Origin: Mobula hypostoma | Lineage: Eukaryota | DNA length: 64,000 nt | Direction: 5' to 3' | NCBI RefSeq assembly: GCF_963921235.1 | Contig: NC_086107.1 | Location: forward strand, 116,748,001 to 116,812,000 | In this document: positions 50,524 through 61,000 of the stretch, piece by piece | Layout of the letters: each line of letters begins with the position of its first letter | Position numbering within the stretch: the stretch's first letter is position 1 | Position numbers and translations under genes: made by a program | The notes under the pieces: model-generated | Seen by the model: the letters and a program-made list of their open reading frames with translations, nothing else | Told to the model about the DNA's origin: nothing | Databases searched by the model: none

Positions 50524-51548
50524 CCCTCACATCTCTCCCCTCCACACCATGACCCGCATCCCCTCACATCTCTCCCCTCCACACCATGACCCGCATCCCC
50601 TCACATCTCTCTCCCCTCCACACCATGACCCGCATCCCCTCACATCTCTCCCCTCCACACCATGACCCACATCCCCTCACATCTCTCCCCTCCACACCAT
50701 GACCCGCATCCCCTCACATCTCTCTCCCCTCCACACCATGACCCGCATCCCCTCACATCTCTCCCCTCCACACCATGACCCGCATCCCCTCACATCTCTC
50801 CCCTCCACACCATGACCCGCATCCCCTCACATCTCTCTCCCCTCCACACCATGACCCGCATCCCCTCACATCTCTCCCCTCCACACCATGACCCGCATCC
50901 CCTCACATCTCTCTCCCCTCCACACCATGACCCGCATCCCCTCACATCTCTCCCCTCCACACCATGACTCGCATCCCCTCACATCTCTCTCCCCTCCACA
51001 CCATGACTCGCATCCCCTCACATCTCTCTCCCCTCCACACCATGACCCGCATCCCCTCACATCTCTCTCCCCTCCACACCATGACTCGCATCCCCTCACA
51101 TCTCTCCCCTCCACACCATGACTCGCATCCCCTCACATCTCTCCCCTCCACACCATGACCCGCATCCCCTCACATCTCTCTCCCCTCCACACCATGACCC
51201 GCATCCCCTCACATCTCTCTCCCCTCCACACCATGACTCGCATCCCCTCACATCTCTCCCCTCCACACCATTACCCGCATCCCCTCACATCTCTCTCCCC
51301 TCCACACCATTACCCGCATCCCCTCACATCTCTCTCCCCTCCACACCATGGCCCGCATCCCCTCACATCTCTCCCCTCCACACCATGACTCGCATCCCCT
51401 CACATCTCTCCCCTCCACACCATTACCCGCATCCCCTCACATCTCTCTCCCCTCCACACCATGGCCCGCATCCCCTCACATCTCTCCCCTCCACACCATG
51501 ACCCGCATCCCCTCACATCTCTCCCCTCCACACCATGACCCGCATCCC
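50524..51548 (+). repeat. 37/39-bp VNTR in INO80E intron 1 (CCCTCACATCTCTC[TC]CCCTCCACACCATGACCCGCATC), about 27 copies
   Basis: Directly visible. Confidence 0.97.
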
Positions 51549-51682
51549 CCTTCATTCCTCTCTCCCTCCATCCTCACTACCTCCTCACACCTCATCATCG
51601 CGCCCTTCCCCGCTTAGCCGTCTACATTCACTCCCATAACCTCCCGCTCCCCATCATCCACTGTTCCACCCTCCGTCCTCAC

Positions 51683-51757
51683 ATAGAGCAGCAGTTTCAG
51701 TTTCCTCTTCAGATTGCGGTACTTGCGCCGATAGTCGCTCTCACCAGGGCCACTCAT
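51683..51757 (-). CDS. INO80E: INO80 complex subunit E, coding exon 1 (MSGPGESDYRRKYRNLKRKLKLLLY)
   Basis: ATG at 51757, GTGAG donor after 51683, 75 nt. Peptide matches the INO80E N-terminal coiled-coil motif (DYKKKYRNLKRKLKFLIY in mammals, recalled from memory). Confidence 0.96.
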
Positions 51758-51759
51758 CC

Positions 51760-51910
51760 CCGACGGCCAGCCCACCACTCGAGCATCGAGGCTCTGGACG
51801 TCGCTGAGGCCTCACCGGAAGTGCCTGTCTGGAATAACAGGACTTCAACTCCCGGCCTGCACCACGGCCGGAAGCATGAGCGATCAACTCAGGCGAAATG
51901 GCTGCGCCCA
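51760..51910. promoter_or_regulatory. INO80E promoter, bidirectional housekeeping type
   Basis: CpG-rich and directly upstream of the ATG. ETS/GABP CCGGAAGTG at 51815-51823 and CCGGAAGC at about 51868; ZNF143/SBS-like GGACTTCAACTCCCGGCCTGCACCACG at about 51840-51866; YY1-like GAAATGGCTGC at about 51895. Confidence 0.8.
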
Positions 51911-52459
51911 TTTATTAGGCGTGTATCTACTCTACGAAACAAATCCAGCAAATACTGGTCCTGCCACCCTGTAATTCTGTCCCCTATGCGGTGACCATGA
52001 CTCTCTCCGTACCCCGGCCGTTTCACTGTAAATTCTCCTGTTTAAAAACCACACCGCTTTACCGTAAGGAGGAGCCTGTAATCACTCCTTCTTAATTTTA
52101 ACTCCGTCCCCTATATTGTAACCCCGCCTCTCCATTGTATCCCGTCCCCTTTATTGTATCCACTCCCTCTCTATCCCCGCATTTTACTGTAACCCTGCCC
52201 CCACTTTAATCCCATTTCTGTAACTCTGCCCCTCCCACTGTAATCTCACTCCTCACTCCTAACTCTGTCCCTCACTGCAACACCACCCCCTTCACAGTAA
52301 CCCAGTGTACATTTCCTCGCTGACCACGCCATTCAATGTAACTCTGGCCCCATTGTAACCTTGTCCACTAACATCATGACCCCTCACATTAACCCTGAAC
52401 CCTCAATCTGAGCACGCCCCACTCTGAATGGAAACACACCCCATCAATGTAACTCTGCC

Positions 52460-52633
52460 AACAACAGGAATTCTGCAGATGCTGGAAATTCAAGCAACAG
52501 ACATCAAAGTTGCTGGTGAACGCAGCAGGCCAAGCAGCATCTATAGGAAGAGGTGCAGTCGACGTTTCAGGCCGAGACCCTTCGTCCTGACGAAGGGTCT
52601 TGGCCTGAAACGTCGACTGCACCTCTTCCTATA
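52460..52633. mobile_element. Penelope-like insertion ending in a near-perfect 92-bp palindrome
   Basis: Arms 52542-52586 and 52589-52633; flanked by AATGTAACTCTGCC at 52446-52459 and 52634-52647. Confidence 0.85.
52584..52617 (+). ncRNA. Minimal type I hammerhead ribozyme motif, Penelope-associated
   Basis: GTC-CTGACGA-A-GGGTCTTGGCCT-GAAAC-GTC-GAC: conserved core boxes, stem II, GUC cleavage triplet and 3-bp stem I. Confidence 0.6.
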
Positions 52634-53049
52634 AATGTAACTCTGCCCCTTGTTCTAAGCATATCTCCACAATGTAATCATACCCCCGCCAACTGAACCA
52701 CATTCCCTTAATGTAATCGATCCCCCTTACTCTAATTGCAACCTCACACTGTAACCATGCTATCTCAATATAACCCACCCTTTCAATGTAACCCACACAC
52801 AATCCACTGTAACTGTGTCCTCACAGTGTGATCCACCACCTTGTATAATCTCACCCCCTCAATGTAACCCTGCCCTCTCATTGTAAACTCGCCCGTTACT
52901 CTAACCACAGCCCTCACTGTAACATCTACCACCACCCCTACTGTACCGCACCCACTCACACTAAATCTAACTCTAATCCCAACCCTCATTCTAACTGTGA
53001 TAAGGACCCTCCCTGGGCACCGAATGCGCCAAGATCCCGTGTGGTGTGT

Positions 53050-54650
53050 AACTGCAGTGAGATCCATATTTGGGCGTGAACTGTGGTAAGAATCACCCCC
53101 CTTCCCCTGATGCTGAACTGTGGTGAGATCCCTCCCTGACACTGAACTGCAGTGAGATCCCTCCCTGGCACTGAACCATGTGAGATCCCTGCTTGGCACT
53201 GAACTGTGGTGAGATCCTTCTCTGGCACTAAACTGTGGCAAGATCCTTCTCTAGGTGCTACACTGGGGCAATATCTTTACCTGGGTGCTTAACTATGATG
53301 AGATTCCTCCCTAGTGCTGAACTCAAGGGAGATCCCTCCCTGTGGCTGAACTCAAAGGAGGTCACTCGCTTGGCATTTCTTCATCTTCGGCTGTCCATCG
53401 ATTTTCAATGTTGACTGAGGCCTGGGCAAGGTTGTATGGAAGACCGGCAGTTGCCCATGCAAGTCTTCCCTCTCCACGTCACCGATGTTCTCCAAGGGCA
53501 GGGCATTAGGATCTATACAGCTTGGCACCAGTGTTGTCGCAGAGCAATGTGTGGTTAAGTGCCTTGCTCAAGGACACAACACGTTGCCTCAGCTGAGGCT
53601 CAAACTCACGACCTTCAGATCACTAGACTGACACCTTAACCCCTTGGCCAAGTGTCACACATTTAACTGTGGAACCTGGACACTAAGCAGTGTTCTCCCC
53701 TTCCCAATGCTGAAGTGGTGAGATCACGCCCCCTCCCCCCCCCCGCTGTGGTAAACTCAGGCAAGATCCTTTCCCATGTGCTGAACTGCACTGAGATCCC
53801 TCGCTAGGTGCTGAACTGTGGTGAGATTCCTCCCTGGCACTGAACTGTGGTGAGATCCCTCCCAGGCACTGAACTATGGAGAGATCCCTCCCTGGTACTG
53901 AACTGTGGTGAGATCCCTCCCTGGCACTGAACTGTGGTGAGATCCTTCCCTGGTGCTGAACTATGGAGAGATCCCTCCCATGTGCTGAACTGCAGTGAGA
54001 TCCCTCCCTGGCACTGAACTGTGGTGAGATCCCTCCCTGGCACTGAACTGTGGTGAGATCCTTCCCTGGTGCTGAACTATGGAGAGATCCCTCCCTGGCA
54101 TTGAACTATGGAGAGATCCCTCCCATGTGCTGAACTGCAGTGAGATCCCTCGCTAGGTGCTGAACTGTGGTGAGATCCTTCCCTGGCACTGAACTATGGC
54201 ATGATCTCTCCCTGGCACTGAACTATGGTGAGATCCCTCCCTGGTGCTGAACTGTGGAGAGATCCCTCCCTGGCACTGAACTGCAGTGAGGTCCCTTCCT
54301 GGCATTGAACTATGGCATGATCTCTCCCTGGCACTGAACTGTGGAGAGATCCTTCCCTGGCATTGAACTGTGGTGAGATCCCTCCCTGGTGCTGAACTGT
54401 GGAGAGATCCCTCCCTGGCACTGAACTGCAGTGAGGTCCCTTCCTGGCATTGAACTATGGCATGATCTCTCCCTGGCACTGAACTATGGCATGATCTCTT
54501 CCTGGCACTGAACTGTGGAGAGATCCTTCCCTGGCATTGAACTGTGGTGAGATCCCACCCTGGTGCTGAACTGCAGTGAGGTCCCTTCCTGGCACTGAAC
54601 TATGCCGTGATCCCTCCCTGGTGCTGAACTGTGGCGAGATCCGTCCCTGG
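53050..54650 (+). repeat. 29-bp minisatellite (GAGATCCCTCCCTGGCACTGAACTGTGGT) interrupted by a SINE
   Basis: Directly visible. Confidence 0.93.
53376..53657 (-). mobile_element. tRNA-derived SINE, same head and body as 24817-25130
   Basis: The minus strand has TGGCCAAG..GTTAAGG...GATCTGAAGGTCGTGAGTTTGAG...GTGTCCTTGAGCAAGGCACTTAAC and a GAAGATGAAGAAA tail. Confidence 0.85.
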
Positions 54651-55099
54651 GTGCGGTCTCTGACCACAGCCTGTGTAGATCATCTTGCCGCGCACGCATT
54701 CATCACCTCCTACATCCTGTCAGCTCTCCTGGCTCTGTGCAGCAACGTCTGATGAGTCTCTGAGATCCCTCACGCGTGTGGTCCCTGCCATCCTTTCCAT
54801 CCAGAAGGACGGACCACCCAGTTCCCGCCACGGTCGAGGCTGGTGTTCCGGTGAGTCGGTCCACGTTTTGGAGAGAGGGAGGCTGGAGGGAGAGAGAATG
54901 TGTGGTGGCAGGGCGAGAGAGAGATTGATGGTGAGTGAGATGGTGGGAGTGGAAAGTGGAAGGGTAGGGATATAGCGAGAGACGAGGGAGGAGGGAGAAA
55001 AGACGAGGGAAGGAAAGAGAGAGTGAGAGGGAGAAAGAAGGGGAGGAAGGGAAAGGGGAAATGGAAAGGAAAAGAAGGGTAGAGAGTGGGAGAGAAAGG

Positions 55100-55420
55100 G
55101 GAGGGGAACGGAAAATGGGCAGAGAGAGAGAGAGACAGACAGAGAGGGAGCGACAGAGACGGGGGGGCGAGACAGAGAGAGAGAGCGAGAGAGAGAGAGA
55201 TAGAGAGAGAGGCAGAGAGAGAGAGCGAGAGAGAGGCAGAGAGAGAGAGATAGAGAGAGAGACAGGCAGAGAGAGAGAGAGAGCAAGAGAGAGGCAGAGA
55301 GAGACAGAGATGGAGAGAGAGAGAGAGAGAGAGACAGAGACGGGGGGGCGAGAGAGAGAGAGACGGACAGAGAGAGAGACAGAGACGGGGGGGTGAGAGA
55401 GAGAGAGAGAAAGAGAGAGC

Positions 55421-55454
<34 letters not shown>

Positions 55455-56750
55455 TAGAGAGAGAGAGATAGAGAGAGGCAGAGAGAGACAATGAGCACGT
55501 AAACAATAGTAGGCCATTGGTGTAACCACATCCCCTTGCTCTAGGTTGGTTCAGACGGTTAAGGGAGGCAGTGAGAGGAAGCATGAAGGAGAGAGAGAGT
55601 GTTGGGGGGAGGGAGGGAGGGAGAGACAGAGGAGAAAAGAGAGGTGACAGAGGGGATAGAGAGTGCAAAAAGGGGAAAGAGAGGGTGAGAGGGAGAGGAT
55701 GGGCGGAAGATGGGGACAGGAGATTAGAGGAAGTTATGGAGAGGGAGATTGGGGATGAGAGACGGAGTGGGACAATGGGGAGAGGAGATTAGAGAGGGTT
55801 GGGGAGAGGGAGATTGGGGAGAGGAGATTAGAGAGGGTTGGGGAGAGGAGATTAGAGAGGGTTGGGGAGAGGGAGTTCGGGGAGAGGAGATTAGAGAGGG
55901 TTGGGGAGAGGAGATTAGAGAGGGTTGGGGAGAGGGAGATTGGGAGAGGAGATTAGAGAGGGTTGGGGAGAGGGAGTTCGGGGAGAGGAGATTAGAGAGG
56001 GTTGGGGAGAGGGAGTTCGGGGAGAGGAGATTAGAGAGGGTTGGGGAGAGGGAGTTCGGGGAGAGGAGATTAGAGAGGGTTGGGGAGAGGGAGTTCGGGG
56101 AGAGGAGATTAGAGAGGGTTGGGGAGAGGGAGATTGGGGATGAGAGATGGAGTGGGGGGAGAGGGGAAGTGGAGAGAGAGGGAGGTGGGTGAGAGGGAGT
56201 GTGGAGAGAAGTCGAAGGAGTAGCGACGAGAGTGGGAGGGTAGATGAGAGAGAGTGAAGAGAGAAGGGGAAGGGGGAGAGAGGATGAGAGAAAGTGGGGA
56301 GAGAATGGGAAGGGGGAGATAAGCAAGTGAAAGGAGAGAGAGGGAGGCGGAGAAGGGGAATGAGGAGAGAGGAAGGAAGGGAGGGAGAGAGTGGGGAGAA
56401 AAGGGGAATGGGGAGAGAGACAGAGGAGGGGATGGGGGTAGGCAAAGGGGAGAGAGGGAGGGAGAGACAGAGGTGATAAGAGGGAAGGGGAAATGAAAGA
56501 ATGGTATGAAAGGGTGTGGAGGGAGTAGTGGGAGGGGAGCGAGGGAATGGGAGGTGTGGGGAGAAGGGGAAGGAGGAGAGAGTGGGGAGAGAAGGTGGAG
56601 GGGAGAGAGAGGGATGAGAGAGTGTGGGGAGGGTAAGGAGGAGAGGGGAGAGAGGGGATGGGAGGTGTGGGGAGAAGGGGAAGGAGGAGAGAGAGTGGAG
56701 AAAGAAGGGGAAGGGGGCATAGTGCAGGAGAGAGTGAGGAGAGCATTTTG
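55100..56750 (+). repeat. Polypurine region: degenerate (GA)n (about 55100-55490) and a 39-bp VNTR GAGGAGATTAGAGAGGGTTGGGGAGAGGGAGTTCGGGGA (about 55770-56150)
   Basis: Directly visible. Confidence 0.9.
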
Positions 56751-58057
56751 CTGACCTTTTAATCCAATATCAATCTAATCCTTCCCTCCCACACAGACTT
56801 CCATTTTTGTATCATTTGCCTGCCTTTCTAAGAGTTTCTGAAAGCCTTTAATGTATCTGCCTCTACCACCACCCATCAGGGTGATCTACACAGCCACCAC
56901 TCTATGTAATAACATGTCTCTATTGTATCTGCCTCTCCCACCACCCCTGGCAGGGCGATCCACACACACCCAGCAAGTTTGTGTACAGAACCCATCTCTG
57001 ACATCCCCTCTGTACTTTCCTCCAATCATTTCATACAAACACCTCTGGCATGAGTCACTCTGGTAAAAAAAAGTGTCTGCTTGTCTGTATTTCTTATCAT
57101 CTTGTACACCTCTATCAAATCACCCCTCATTCTTGATCATTCCAAAGAGAAAAGCCCTCGCTCTCAACCTTTCCTCATTAACCATGTTCGCTAATCCTGA
57201 GCACCCTGATAAATCCCTGCACCCTCTCTAAAGCTTCCACATCCCTCCTATAATGATGCGATCAGAACTGAACAAGTGTGGTCAGACCAGGTTTTTAATC
57301 AGCTGCAACATTACCACCACATCGTATAGAAATGTACAAAATGTTGAGGGGAATAGACAGGGTGAATGCTGGCAGGCTTTTCCCTTCAGCTTTGGTGAGA
57401 CTAGAACCAGAGGACATAGGTTAAAGGTGAAAGGTGGCATATTTAAGGGGAAGCTGAGAGAGAACTTCTTCAGTCAGAGTGTGCAAAGGGCTTCCAGAAG
57501 AAGTGGAGGATGTGAGTGCAACGTGATACGGGTGCAGTTCAATGGGACTAGGCAGAAGACCAGGTCCTCATGGACGAGAGGGGTAAAAGTGTCTGTTTTA
57601 GTACTGTAGTGCTCTATGATTCCATGTCAGTGACCAATCACAGGGGAGCCAGCACCAATCCCTGTGGCACACAACCCACCAGCCAAAAATCACCCACCCA
57701 CTGCCTCCTCCCACCAAGCCGATGTATTTGAAGTTTGCCCACAGGAGCTCACCTCCAGACTGGCCTACTGTGCAGGGCATTCTCAGAAGCCTCACTAAAT
57801 TCCATGTACTTGACAACGAAGCACCACCCTCATCAGCCCTTAGAGTCACCTCTTCTGAAGTAACGCAGTCATACGTATGAGGAGCAATCTCTCACGTGCA
57901 AAGCTCTAGTCAGTCCTTGGCGTTGCAAGTGCTGCTTCATCCTGCCCATCAAAATCCCCTCAGACTGCCAGGCCGACCAGCCTGCAGTTCCCAGTTGTGT
58001 TTTCTGTCTTTCAATAAAGGCATGCCGTTAGCTGCTCTTCCAGTGCATTAGTACATT

Positions 58058-61000
58058 CAGTGGAGGTTTGGAGGGAGCTTCACTCTGTGTCTGACCCTGG
58101 GAGTGTGTGTGATGGGACGGCGTGGAGGGAGATTCACTCTGTGTCTGACCCCGGGAGTGTGTGTGTGATGGGACGGTGTGGAGGGAGATTCACTCTGTGT
58201 CTGACCCCGGGAGCGTGTGATGGAACGGCGTGGAGGGAGTTTCACTCTGTGTCTGACCCCGGGAGTGTGTGATGGGATGGTGTGGAGGGAGATTCACTCT
58301 GTGTCTGACCCCAGGAGTCTGTGATGGGACGGTGTGGAGGGAGTTTCACTCTGTGTCTGACCCCGGGAGTGTGTGATGGGACGGTGTGGAGAGAGATTCA
58401 CTCTGTGTCTGACCCTGGGAGTGTGCGATGGGACGGTGTGGAGGGAGACTCACTCTGTGTCTGACCACGGGAGTGTGTGATGGGACGGTGTGGAGGGAGA
58501 TTCACTCTGTGTCTGACCCCGGGAGTGTGTCATGGGACGGTGTGGAGAGAGATTCACTCTGTGTCTGACCCTGGGAGTGTGCGATGGGACGGTGTGGAGG
58601 GAGTTTCACTCTGTGTCTGACCCCGGGAGTGTGTGATGGGACGGCGTGGAGGGAGATTCACTCTGTTTCTGACCCCGGGAGTGTGTGATGGGACGGTATG
58701 GAGAGAGATTCACTCTGTGTCTGACCCCGGGAGTGTGCGATGGGACGGTATGGAGAGAGATTCACTCTGTGTCTGACCCTGGGAGTGTGCGATGGGACGG
58801 TGTGGAGGGAGTTTCACTCTGTGTCTGACCCTGGGAGTGTGCGATGGGACGGTGTGGAGGGAGATTCACTCTGTGTCTGACCCCGGGAGTGTGTGATGGG
58901 ACGGTCTGGAGGGAGATTCACTCTGTGTCTGACCCCGGGAGTGTGTGATGGGACGGTGTGGAGGGAGCTTCACTCTGTGTCTGACCCCGGGAGTGTGTGA
59001 TGGGACGGTGTGGAGGGAGCTTCACTCTGTGTCTGACCCCGGGAGTGTGTCATGGGACGGTGTGGAGGGAGATTCACTCTGTGTCTGACCCCGGGAGTGT
59101 GTGATGGGACGGTATGGAGAGAGATTCACTCTGTGTCTGACCCTGGGAGTGTGCGATGGGACGGTGTGGAGGGAGATTCACTCTGTGTCTGACCCCGGGA
59201 GTGTATGATGGGACGGTGTGGAGGGAGATTCACTCTGTGTCTGACCCCGGGAGTGTGTGTGTGATGGGACGGTGTGGAGGGAGCTTCACTCTGTGTCTGA
59301 CCCCGGGAGTGTGTGATGGGACGGCGTGGAGGGAGTTTCACTCTGTGTCTGACCCCGGGAGTGTGTGATGGGATGGTGTGGAGGGAGATTCACTCTGTGT
59401 CTGACCCCAGGAGTCTGTGATGGGACGGTGTGGAGGGAGTTTCACTCTGTGTCTGACCCCGGGAGTGTGTGATGGGACGGTGTGGAGAGAGATTCACTCT
59501 GTGTCTGACTCTGGGAGTGTGCGATGGGACGGTGTGGAGGGAGACTCACTCTGTGTCTGACCACGGGAGTGTGTGATGGGACGGTGTGGAGGGAGATTCA
59601 CTCTGTGTCTGACCCCGGGAGTGTGTCATGGGACGGTGTGGAGGGAGATTCACTCTGTGTCTGACCCCGGGAGTTTGTGATGGGACAGTGTGGAAGGAGT
59701 TTCACTCTGTGTCTGACCCCGGGAGTTTGTGATGGGACGGTGTGGAGGGAGATTCACTCTGTGTCTGACCCCTTTTTTTTTAAACAAAATTCTTGATTAC
59801 AAATATCGGTGCTATACAATATATACAAAACAGTGACTAACACAATTACTTCACTGCAAATGGACAATACACATTTAACCAAAATGTTTCCATCTCTATC
59901 AATGATGGCATTTACACCCCGCGGAGCCCAACAGCCCCGGAACGCCTCTCAGGTCACCATGGACAGCGCGTGTTCCTTTTCAATATTCACCCGAACACGA
60001 ACATACCCCCTAACCATTGCCAGGCAGTCTGCCTGGGGACATCCTCCCACCACCCGTTTCCAAGACCCTCAGATGGTTGTTTTCGCCAACCCCAGGAGCA
60101 AGTTGACAAGGACATCCTCATCCCTCTGTGCCCCCCTCCTTACTGGATGACCATATATGAATAGGGTGGGACTGAAATGCAACCAGAAGGCGAGAAGCAG
60201 CCCACGCAAATACGCGAAAAGGGGCTGCAGTCTCACACACTCCGTGTACATGTGGTACACGGTCTCCTCCAGCAGAAGTGACACGCGGCTGGGAGATCCG
60301 TGTACTGACTAAAGAACTTATTGCAGGGCACCGCTTTATGCAGCACCCTCCAGCCGAGATCCCCAAGGTGCATGGGAAGAAACCCATTGTAAGGGGACTT
60401 CCATTGGGGACCCCCCTCACCTCCAGGTGGAAAGACCGACTGCCATGGTGTGTCGGGACGGTGGACAAGGGCTAGGAAGTGGAGGGTGTGGAGCAGCAGC
60501 CCATACAGATACCTCCTGCCTGCATCCCTGAATGAGATTGTGGGTGTCGATGAAAGACGGCTCAAGTTGTGTGGATTCGTCTCTTGGGTAAGGCTGCGGG
60601 GCCTGGGCCCGACGAGCAGCTCAGCCTGAGTCGATCCACACACCTGAGCCGCACCGACATCCGTTGAGGCAGGGCAAGGGTCGGCCAGGACCCCGCCCTC
60701 TGCCAGAGGAGGGGATTCCCGGCCTGAGGCAAACATGTTCCAGACTCTCAGTAGGTCCTGATAGAAGCCTGGCAGCCTCTGCAAAGCAGCACGGCTGACG
60801 CCCGCCGGTGGTAGCTGCATATCTTCGTGAAGGCAGCAGCCCCTCCGGAGGAAGAAAGTCGCCAAGACGTGCCACTGAGAGGGTGCTCGGCGTACAGGAA
60901 TCTCTGCAGGGTCCTGAGGCAGAGAGCTGCCAGTCGTGTGCGTACACACACCAGCGACTGTCCGCCCTCTCCTTCTGGGAGACTCAGAACCGCTGCAGAG

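Noticed and set aside
54703..56746. Ser/Leu/Pro-rich ORFs of 250-340 aa
   Set aside because: Translation of (CT)n and polypyrimidine repeats; only the small unique islands were kept as a finding.
57600..58040. Apparently unique sequence that might hold exons
   Set aside because: It resembles a highly decayed minus-strand CR1 RT segment (CCAGCACCAATCCCTGTGGCACAC, CTAAATTCCATGTAC).
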